This document shows positions 49,601 to 59,716 of a stretch of 64,000 bases of DNA, piece after piece. Every line of letters starts with the position of its first letter. Within the stretch, counting starts at the first letter, position 1. Under the pieces are notes generated by a model, which saw only the letters and a program-made list of their open reading frames with translations, made no database searches and was not told the DNA's origin. The translations under genes and the position numbers were made by a program. Origin of the DNA: Amoebophrya sp. A120 (lineage: Eukaryota; Protista; Dinoflagellata); contig CAJINV010000003.1 in assembly GCA_905178155.1 (NCBI GenBank), positions 4,561,863 to 4,625,862 of the forward strand, written 5' to 3'.

Positions 49601-51288
49601 CGAATCCGAAGACAGCATGACAAGTTGCAATCTCTCAGACCCAGACACTTTTGCATTTGATAAGCGACCACGTGGGACCACGTTTCCAACAAATCCCAAC
49701 GGGTGGCCGTCTGTATCCCCCAGAAAAAGACCGACAGGTCATATTTGTAATGCAAAAATAAATAGACAAAAAAATCTGTATTGCATGCCCTAAACAGGAT
49801 GTTATGGCCTCGCCCATGACAGATTTTCCTGTGTATTTATTTTTGCATTACAAATATGACCTGTCGGTCTTTTTCTGTGGGATAGTCTGCACCAAGTGCA
49901 AGCGCGCCACCGTGGTGATCAAGTCGCGGGTGCTGGGCCAGGGGAGGAAGAAGAAGGAGCGGTACTACTGCTTTGGGGGCCGCGAGAATGACTGGGTCTG
50001 CAAGTGGGCCACGCCGGAGGAGCTGGAGAAGGCGAAGACCATGACCATGGAAGACCTCCTGGAACAGGGGCACGAGGTCGGCACCCACGCGGCGAAGGCG
50101 ATGCAGGTGGCCAAACTGGACGCGGAAGCGCGCCGGGCCGAGGCCGAGAAGCGCAAGAGGGAGGCGGAGAACGGGGAGGCGCAGGAGTTCGCGACGCCGC
50201 CCGACCAGTCTCCGCGCACCGAGGACGACGGTGGAAATAACGTGGACGCCGCGGACGCGAGAGTGAAGGACCATTTATTGCAGGCTTCGGCGGAGGACGG
50301 CGAGGGTGCTGCGCAGGTAGCGGAAAAGGGCGATGTGACGTCTTCCAAAAAGACCGACGCAGAGGGGACGAATAACAACGGTAGTACGAAAAGACAGAAT
50401 GTGTCTCCCGCCAAACCCGCACGGGGGAGCGCCTCGGTGTCGACGAACGCGTCAGGGCAGCGCGTTTACAACTTGCTGGAGGGACCGCTCGAAGGTCCGA
50501 TCGTCAGTTTGCGGAAAGAAAAGGAAGAGAGTACCGAGATGGAGAAAATGCTTGCTACCGGCGGGAACCGACCCATGAGCTACCAGCCCGTGCAGCAGAG
50601 CTACCTGGGCGGCACCGTTGCAGGCGGGTATAGTAATCCCACCGGTCCGGGGGGCCCGGCATCCGGTGTCTACCCCGCGAGCTACGGTGCCAGTCCAAAC
50701 CGCAGCGGTGGTCCCGGTTCGTATGGAAACTACCCGGCGACCGCACCGCCGAGGCCGGCTTCTCTCGGGGGAGTCGGAGGCGACTCGTCCGCGCCGCAGT
50801 ATAGTGCAGTTCCGAAAGGTGGGCGAGCCCCCAGTACTACAGGTAGTACTACCGGTGGTCCGAAAGGAGCGGCCGCCGCGACGCCGACCCGCGAACCCCC
50901 TGGTCTCGCGGCCGAGCAACCGCAGAGCAGCACATCGAAGGAAGGCGCTGTCGTAGGGAGTGAGGCGGGAGAACTACAACCATCAGGCACGACGGCCAAC
51001 AAGGCTCCTTTGCCGGTCATCGACAAGCCAAACCCGTCGCTTCCCCCCATCATGCCCCCGGTCCTCGCACACCTCAAGCGCACAAGCTCCAGTGCGCCGG
51101 AAGAAGCTGTCGCCGCTCCGGTTCCACCGCCGCTACCCGCGGGAGGCCCGCCTCCGCCGCCCGTTGCCCGACCACCCCCACCCCCGCCACCGGGGCTTTC
51201 TCCCGACGACGACCCCGCCGACGACGACTTGCGAGCCCTCGAAGAGTTCGGTCACGAGGAAAACAAAAAGTTTGAGCAAGTGCAGTAA
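46650..51288 (+). CDS. Stand-alone Dicer/RIG-I-type DExD/H RNA helicase with Cys-motif region and Pro-rich tail
   Basis: PRDYQ, LPTGSGKT, DECHHA, LGLTAS, VFVER, IVATSSLEE|GIDVADCKVVVRFD and HIQGSGRAR. GT-AG introns at 46924-47128, 47298-47486, 48271-48570 and 48785-48971, plus two introners. Confidence 0.88.
49401..49662. mobile_element. MITE-like introner, family A2 (262 bp), opposite orientation to the 41328 copy, TSD AGAGA/AGCGA
   Basis: TIRs tatcaaatgcaaaaatgtctgggtctg ... cagacccagacacttttgcatttgata. Contains an in-frame TGA (49517-49519). Removing 49401-49667 gives FDKEE|TTWDHVS. Confidence 0.93.
49714..49884. mobile_element. Foldback-like introner, family B (171 bp, ~66-bp TIRs), TSD GTCTG
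   Basis: tatcccccagaaaaagaccgacaggtcatatttgtaatgcaaaaataaat... is mirrored at the right end with ~4 mismatches. GTCTG at 49709-49713 and 49885-49889. Removal gives VAVC|TKCKR. Confidence 0.95.
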
Positions 51289-52414
51289 GAACTGGGCTAT
51301 GGTTAGAAGTACCTTCACGTACGATCTTCATCTTCGAATCAGGTCTGTGCTCGTGAAGAGTCCTTAAGTCTCTTTCGGGTTCAGAACCGATTCGAGCTGG
51401 CGGTTGAAATTTTCGAGAATGCGATCGCTAGCGCACTATATACATCTTTAACGACGACGGACAAACTCTAAACTGGTCCATGCTATCCGAATAGCTCACT
51501 ACAGCAAGAATCTTCATCACTCCATGTCAACCTCCGGCGTCCTCGCTGTGCCTGTCATGGCGAGTCGGGTTGAGTTGTCTACTACAGTGAGATTCCCCTA
51601 GCACAACACCTTCTGATGTGATAGAGTCTATGTGTAAGTTTTCCATATTTTGACGACTGAAAGACCAAAACGAAACATGCGGTTTTGCTTTTGTTTTTCG
51701 ACATGGAAATGGAAAGAGCAAAATGCGATCAGCGGTTTTGCTTTTGTTAGTTTCGATACATGGTATTGACGAAAGTAAGAGGCGGACGGGTTTTTGCGGA
51801 GTTCCAATCAAAATTGAAAAAGGTTTCTCGAAAGATGAGATTGTTTGTTTATCGTGAGATACTCAGACGATCTTCCAAGAAGCCAAATTCTTTCCCAATC
51901 GTATATATGCCAAAGACTAGTGTCTCAAAGTGAAAGGCGCTCGGTTTTTCGCGTTTGTGACCAACTCCTTCGTTTAAGTGATGTTCCCACGAGCTTGTTC
52001 TCATGCCCGACCGGCTACCAGTGCAGCTCAAAACTAGTTTCAGCCGAGCGATTCTGATCGGTCAGGATGTCGGTGTAGAGCGGACGAGATTCCAGGTAGT
52101 TTGTTCTTGACGGAGTCTGTTGTCCGTCTTTTTTGGTAGATGAAGATTGTACTATGACGTGTGAGCACTACCAGTTATCCACTGTCCATGCTTGTTTCTG
52201 TTTCATGTACTGGTCGAGGAGCGATGTGGACATAAACCACACGAGGGCATGAGTTGTGCGCATGAAAAATTATCGCCAGTGCGTAGTACGTGCCACCTAG
52301 ACACGATAGTATGTTCTGCCTGGTTTTGATTTTTCGGAGGTAAATTGTTCAGCGTCTGCACCAGCATTTCCTTGAGCGCGCACAGAGTTCCAGGGAGAGG
52401 ACCCCGCGTCCTGT

Positions 52415-55400
52415 ATGTGGGGAAACCAGCCAGCCTTTTTCAGTGCTGGTGTCGGGGGCACCGTTCTGCCGCCCGCCGTCAGCAGATACCTCATCGGGAA
52501 TCACGAGTTGGAGGCCGGGTTGGAACAGAACGCAGCGGGCGTCTGGACCGAGAACGGCGATGCGAAGGTGCCGCCGGCCCGCTTGCAGCGCGCCATCGAC
52601 CTGGTCCAGCGGACTTTTGGGTTCGTCGTGGCAACTGCGACGGCCAAAAGCAGAGGCGCGGCTGCAGGAGCCACGGCCGCGGCGGAGGTGGGAGGCAGGG
52701 AGGATGCCGTGTCGAACCACTCGAAGCTTTCCCCATCGGATCAGGACAGCACCGCGATTCCACCCAGCAGTGATCAGAAGACGAGCAGTGCGTCCAACAC
52801 GTCCGCTTCGGACAGCGAAAACAGAGCCGGCAATGCATCGAGCAGTAGTGCCAGTTGTGCGCCAACCGCAGCGCACAGCGAGGACCAGAAGAGCAGCAAG
52901 ACGCAGCCAGGATCTTCAGTGCTGGGAGCTGTGCCAACAACACGGGGATCTACATCAAGTGCGAGGAACGAAAGTACAACCACAAAGGGCGTGGAGCGGA
53001 GCGTCGCGACCAAGGAGAGCGTCATCTCGAGCGAGTCGATCTCCTCATCGGACCAAGGAAGTTTCGTGTTCACCGCGGTCGAGGGCGCAAATAGCAGTGC
53101 GAAGACCTCCGATCCCCCGATACTAGATCGCATACCGATCTGCATTCCGGATTGGTACAACGACGGGGGCACAAAAGCTACGCTGCGGCGGCGCGACATT
53201 TTGTCGCTGGGAGATTTTTTGGCGTTGGTCCTGAGCAATCGGTTTTCCGGGGCGATGGATGTGCTGGAGGATTTTCTCGGCAAGCAAACCTTCGTCGAGA
53301 GCGACGAACTGTACCAGATCTGGCTGGACCTGAATACCAGTCGAGAGGAGTTTTTTGCAGCCGCCCAGGCGCAGTCGGTCCCGGCGCCGCACGCCGCTGC
53401 GGGCGGGGATTCGTCGGGGCCCTCCTCGCGAGAGGTCAGCAGTCTGCCCCGCTCCATGACGGACGAGAGCACACCGGACATCCCACGCACAAACAGTCGC
53501 GAAACGGGGGAGCAGTCCGCGACCTCGGTGCTGGTCTCGTCTGGCACAAAAGTTGTAGAGACCCCGCAGCGAAACAATGTTGTAACATTGAATGCTAGCG
53601 CTAGCACCACCAGCGGCAGTAGGAGTAAAGCGTTGCTCGACTCTGCGACAATCGTGCGCAGAAGTCACAGCCGGCCAGTTCAGCGTGTAGGCCGCGGGGT
53701 GAATGCGTCCTCTGCGTCACCCTCGAAAAGTCGCCGGAGTGCTTCCATAGGCATTCACCCTGGAGCCGCCGACGGAGCTGCAGATAATTGCGGATACAAT
53801 GCCGCGGGGGCTGCTCCCGACGAGGGTGGCTCTGGTACTGGCGCAAATGCGATGCACGGGGGCAGCAGCAGCTCTTCTACGACGATTGGAAGCGGTAGCG
53901 TAGTCAACACGGCGTCGAGCGGCACACGCATGCCGCGGACTGCGAGCAGTACGGCCAGTGGGCCTGTGCGGGCGCGTCGGCTTTTGCAGCCGGTTGAGCA
54001 GCAAGACGGGGCAACGGATCCGTCAGGTGCACCTCTGGAAATCGCCGCGACGGCGCGTGGTCGCAACGCTGAAATCAAAATGAAACTCCCCGGCTTTTTC
54101 AGTTTGGTGCACGACCCAGAGCCTGTGTTCACGATGGTTGCGACAGAAACTGACATGCAGGGAGGACAAAGCGCTTCATTAGTGACTGAAAGCCACGGCA
54201 TCGGAAGTGCAGGGGCTTCTGCCGTTGCACTCACCGAGGAAGCAACGACAAGCCCCATCGCAGCAACGCTCGGTGGAACGGAGGAGCCAGTAAGCGGAAA
54301 CGACGACAGGAGTGCGACGACGATGCTGCTTGCCGGTGCTGGGACGCCACGGCAACTCCAACAACCTGGCACAGCAATTGGCTCTACGGCGGCCGCGTCA
54401 TCTGCTCCGCAAGGGAACGGCAGTGCGTCAAGCACCGTGGCCGCAGCAAAGTCCTCAGTGGCTTCTAAGCTCCACGGTGCGCCGCAGCCACCAGGCACTT
54501 CCTACGGCACCAGTAAGCCAAACCTGCTGATGCGCGGAAGTTTGAGCACGCCACTGCTGGCGCCCCTGCACAACAAGCAGGCGGCGGGCTCCGGGTCGGG
54601 TGGAAAGTGGCCGCCGCCCCCGACCGGAAAATTCGTTGCGATGCGGCTACAAACCGGAAACTGGAGTTCTGTGTGCCGGAGCCTCCTGCAGCTGTTTCTG
54701 GAGCACCCCGGCTTCGCAAACCAGGTGTGCCACGAGCGCTCCGTCGTGCGTGTTTTCCGCGAGGTCGGCGGGTCGATGGTGGTCAAGGAGTGCCCCATCA
54801 AGATTCCGCAGTTGGTGCCACTGACCCGGAGTTTGGACCAGGAAACCGAAGACCGGGTCGAGGGGACGTTCACCTGGAAGGAAAACCAGCTCTCGTACAT
54901 GTTTGCGGTGAAGAAATTCTACGCGACTGCGCACGAGATCTACGTCAGCCACGGGAGCGATCAGCAAGCCATGGCGCTGCGCCTCTTCCGTTACCTCCGT
55001 GCGAACGCACTGCCGGCCGCTCCGAGCGTGCCTGCGATCGGAAGTGACACCACCACTGCTCCTCCTGAGGGCGCGTCCGCCACGGCAGGAGCGTTGGCAA
55101 GCACGACAGGAGGAAACGCCAATCCGGAGAACGCGACAGTAGCGGCTGTTTCGCAACCTGTAACTACACCGGTGCCAAGCTACGAAGATCCGCTTAACAA
55201 GAAGTATTTCGTGGGGCAAGGAAACAATCCGGGGTTGATTGAGCAGATTCTGCAGGACCGGGGCTTCACTCCGGCCACCAGCAGTAAGAAGCCCTGCTTT
55301 CCCACCTTCCAGTGGGCACAAGACCACGGGCGACTGGACTTCTCGTTGCTTAGTATGACCCCGCGTTTGCTTGCGTCGAAGGGAAAGGGCCGACCCTACC

Positions 55401-56672
55401 TCGCGAACCACTGCAAGGGGATTCGCATCACAGAAAAAGTTGGAATGCTGGCGTCGTTGGAGCAGGAATTCGGGTGGAAGAACCTGCCTCCCTGGTACCC
55501 CAAAACCTTCCACGTACTCAGTCTGGCATCCAGCAAGAACGTCGAGCAGCTTGACCTGCCTGCCGACGCAAGATGGGTCTACAAACCAAGGTGCAGGCTC
55601 CTGTCGCGTTTTCCTTTTTCTGCCCGGCTTCTACTTTACTACAATCTGTATGTTGTACTTCTTCTTTTATGCATCTCTTGCGTCAGGCCTCAGGAGAAAG
55701 TTCGAACTCCTGCTGAATTATTATCTGTCCTTTTGCAGGGCCTCGAATTGCGGACGCGGAATCATGCTTTTTAGCAGCACCAAAGCGTTGCGGGACTACA
55801 TTGCTACGGAGAAGAAAACGGACGGTATTGTGCAGCTGTACATCGAGCGCCCGCTGCTGGTGCAGGGACGGAAATTCGACATACGCATGTACTTCCTCGT
55901 AGCGCGCACGCAGCCGTTTCTCAGTTTCTACTGCCCACACGGGTACTGCCGACTGTGCGTCAACCCGTACGAATCCGCGAATTTCGACGACCTGACTATG
56001 CACCTGACAAACCAGGCCATTCAGAAAACCCTGCGAGAGTCCTACCAAGAAACAAAAGAGGACACCACGTGGACCTTTGCCCAGCTCGAGGAACACCTGG
56101 TAATATACGTTTTCTACTTGATCATGATCATGACCTTGAACTTTCTATACCCATTTTAACGCGTCCTGAATCCACATCCACAGCCATTCTTCGGAAAGAA
56201 AAAATCCTCCACATCAAAACCATGCGAAAGATAAAGAAAGCTCCTGCAAAACTTCTAGGTCGAGACGGCGCGCGTGAATCCTGGCTGGGTGGCGGAGGAG
56301 TTTCTGCCCAAGGTGAAGTTGATTCTGGTTGCGCTGAGCCGCATCGTCCGCGCACAGGTCATGCCCCTGGTGGGGTGCTTTGACCTTTTCGGGTGCGATT
56401 TTTTCTTGGACGACGCGCTGAATGTGTATCTGTTCGAGGTGAACAGCAATCCGGCCATCTACACCGACACCGCGGTGCTCAAGAACCTCATACCGGCGGT
56501 GATTCGCGAGACGATTGACATCGTCGACCGGGCGCACGTGCCGAACAACCAAAAACCCTTTTCCGACCAACAGTGGTTTGAGACCTTAATCGACGAGTCC
56601 AGGAATTTCCAGTTTGGCCCGGAGCGGCTCAAGCCTCTGTCGCGGCCCCACCAGTACAACTGGCGGACGTAG
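52415..56672 (+). CDS. TTLL10: Tubulin-tyrosine-ligase-like protein, most similar to TTLL10 polyglycylases, with long disordered N-terminus
   Basis: WVYKPR|ASNCGRGI, IVQLYIERPLLVQGRKFDIRMY, HGYCRL, HLTNQAIQK and CFDLFGCDFFLDDALNVYLFEVNSNPAIYT...VLKNLIPAVIRETIDIV. Two GT-AG introns (~55591-55738, ~56100-56258). Confidence 0.85.
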
Positions 56673-57437
56673 CATTACGTGGATCAGGAGGACATTGCAA
56701 GAATGGTGGAAAAAGACCGGATATATCGGAAGATGCTTCTACTGTGCGTGCAACTATAACTGCATGTACTTACCCACTAATGTGCCGTTGCAGACAACAA
56801 TGATAACTCCTCCTTCTTTCATCTCTTTTTAGTAGGTAAGTGGCTGAATAAACTACATAATGACCGTGATTCTCTTCAACAATAGTGCAGTAGGAACTCG
56901 CCCGCTTTATGCAATTTTTCATGTTAAAAATTCCACTGATGCCCATCCTTTGTATGATAGAAAGTGGAACCTTTTTTTCAATGAATCAAACTCTGTACAC
57001 TTGCATTAACTAGCTCTTCCCACCTGAAAAAAGCTCTTTTACGTATGTCCTTCATTTTGTACACTGAATGTAAACCAGACAGTACTAGCACGCATCAAGC
57101 CAAGGCAACCGAAAAGCCCGTGTGTCGCCAGTATTCACCGCGGGACTACGTGTTCGTGATCTGCGTGTTGGGATTGCTTTATGGTTTTGTTGAGCGAGGA
57201 ATCAAAGTCAGACAATCAGTTGCTTGCCTTGGCTTGCGGGTCCTTTTCATTCAGCCCCTTTTTTGCTACTTGTACTTGACGAGCGAATTGTGTCTATAAT
57301 ACGCGCCTTTACCAAAAAACAGATGAAAATGTGAGATTGACGTACGCTCGAGGAGAGCAAGACTCTGAAGCCCTACTTTCTTGTTTTTTTCCATAAGGAC
57401 AGAGAAAACTAACGCATTACGACGAATCGAAACAGCA

Positions 57438-58661
57438 ATGATGGAGTTCGTCGCTACCGAGCAAGCGGAAGAACTGGGAGTCGCCAGATGTCCAGTGTGC
57501 GAACAGTCAATATCCGGGGAAGCCTCAGAGACTGCTTGCGGGAAACTCGCGTGCAGTTCATGCGCACAGAAGCATCGCGAGAAGTCTGCGTCTTCCAAGA
57601 ACAAATGCTTCGTGCCGGGATGCACGAAAACCGACTGCGGTGTTTCTGCAGTTAGCGTCGTACTCCGGAAGGTTTTGGATGCGCTGGAGGTACGATGCAA
57701 AGCGTGCCAAGCCACTATGTCGAGGAAAGACTTTGCGGCCCACGCCGGAGTCGACGCGGACGTCGAGGCCGCGATCATCGCGCCGGGACTATGCAAGGAG
57801 ATCGAGAGGTGCTGCCCCCACAAAAGCCGCGGCTGCGATTTCAGCGGAAAGCTGACCGCATTGCAGGCGCACCTCAAAAGTGAGTGCGCAAAGGGTTACC
57901 GCCTGCTGGACGAGGAAGCGGCGCGACTTTGCGGCGGGGTGGACCAGATTAAGCTGAACACGTGCGGGATCAGGCAGATGCTGAGCCGGGGCGGCGGGGC
58001 GGGCGGGGCAAAGTTGCCGCCGTTGATGCCGAGCTTGATGCTGAAGCAACTGGAAGACTCTGACACCTTCATCCTGGCGCGGGACTACCAGCGCTTGTGC
58101 CAAGGACCCAGCGACGGCCCGGCTATCACCGTGCGTGGCGCCGCAGACCCTGGCCAGTTGACTACCGACACCGAAACCGCTGGCGAGCCTGATGCTGAAA
58201 GAACCGCGGAGGGTGTGGGCAAGGGGAAGTTTGGCGTGCTCAGTGACCTTTTTGCGCGCTCTGTCCCGAGCGCGGACGAGGCCGACATGCTGCAGCTCCA
58301 GAACGACTACGACAACATACTGGCGTCCCGGGTTGTCGATACGTGGAACTTGAAGCGTAAAGGCGATACTGCTCGTGACTCGCCGACGGCGATCGAGAAA
58401 CAGGGAGTAAAGCGGCGACGAGTAGACGTCGGCAGCGACCTGAAGAGCACAAAGGAAACCTACAGGAAGATTTTCGTGCCCGATCTACCGGCCGAAAAGC
58501 CACCACCGCGCAGTCCTACGCCGCCGCGACCGACACCGGCTCCATCGCAACCGGCGCAACGGAGAAACACTGGCGGAAAAGGCAACGGAAAAAAGGAAAT
58601 TTGTCGGAACTACCGCAACGGCCACTGTTGGCGTGGAAACTCGTGTTGGTATCGCCACTAA
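57438..58661 (+). CDS. RING/TRAF-like zinc-finger protein with C-terminal CCCH finger
   Basis: CPVC..ETACGKLACSSC...CFVPGC, CKAC, CPHKSRGCDF...HLKSEC and terminal CRNYRNGHCWRGNSCWYRH. Confidence 0.75.
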   Translation: MMEFVATEQAEELGVARCPVCEQSISGEASETACGKLACSSCAQKHREKSASSKNKCFVPGCTKTDCGVSAVSVVLRKVLDALEVRCKACQATMSRKDFAAHAGVDADVEAAIIAPGLCKEIERCCPHKSRGCDFSGKLTALQAHLKSECAKGYRLLDEEAARLCGGVDQIKLNTCGIRQMLSRGGGAGGAKLPPLMPSLMLKQLEDSDTFILARDYQRLCQGPSDGPAITVRGAADPGQLTTDTETAGEPDAERTAEGVGKGKFGVLSDLFARSVPSADEADMLQLQNDYDNILASRVVDTWNLKRKGDTARDSPTAIEKQGVKRRRVDVGSDLKSTKETYRKIFVPDLPAEKPPPRSPTPPRPTPAPSQPAQRRNTGGKGNGKKEICRNYRNGHCWRGNSCWYRH

Positions 58662-59716
58662 AGGTAGGACGCGGCTTACCGCAGTGTTCGGCTCGCGCGT
58701 AAGGTTCACTTCGCTGGAGCAGAAACACAGACGCTGGCGTGTATGTCTTCCTTTACGGCTGAGAAAGTCGAAGCCTATCTTTATGTTTATGGTGAAGATG
58801 ACGAAACTTTTTCATGCAACTGCACTGCTCAGGCAGCGAATTGGAATAGCTAGGATTAGAAAATTCTTGAGAGAGAGTAGCTCTTTGATTTGTTTATTAC
58901 GGAAACAAAAAATAGAAACACTGACGCGTAACTGCGACCGCAACGAATGTCGCAAAGTCTGCTTTTGCGTTGAGACATACGAAGTCCTCACTCGTTGCTG
59001 TTCGGGCTCGTTAGAACGCCGACTGATGTGATGTACAGGGAACGAAAGTGAAGACATGAAGAAGCGTATTGGTATTTGCTTCTTGCCCTAACGTGATTAT
59101 ATCAGTAAAATTGGTCTACTGGGGGTTATGTATGAAGCATAAGAAATTTCGTATGAAAAATTGGTTCGACAAAGAAGCCGCACTACTCGTAGAAATATTT
59201 TTCGGTGTTGTGCAGCTTGTGTATTTCGTGACGCAAAAGTAGAACGGGCGCATGTTCATCACGCGAAAAAAAAACGCTTGTATGTGCGGTCAGATCAGCA
59301 ATTCGTTCAGTGTGGGTTTTACTAGTAGACAGAGGCGCTTACGCGTCGCTGGGGGTCCTGCGTTCATATCTAGATAAGTTTTTAAGTCTTCGATCGTCGC
59401 TGTTCGTATTCGTTGAGGGAAAATCGCACCAAATCTATGTCGAAAAGCGCAAGCAAAAGTGGCTTCATCCTTTGGTCGTACCGCGTTGATGTTGCGCTAT
59501 TCTGTTAACTTATTTTTTTTTTCATTTCTTTTCATTTCAGTCTAGCAGGTTTTTTTTTGTTTGGAGCTTTTGTATCGATCCAGGAACGGGGGTGGTATTA
59601 TATTTGCGTTAAAGTCTTTCGCGGGGTGCAGCATCGTGTTTGCGTGATTGTTTAGCCTCACCGCTTGCGTAGAAAGGCGAGAAGAATAAAACGAAAACCG
59701 AGTATAAGAAAACACC

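Noticed and set aside
1474-55513. Long minus-strand ORFs (e.g. 1474-2487, 16344-17510, 39661-40332, 52774-53610, 54647-55513)
   Set aside because: They are antisense shadows of GC-rich + strand exons with no recognisable motifs.
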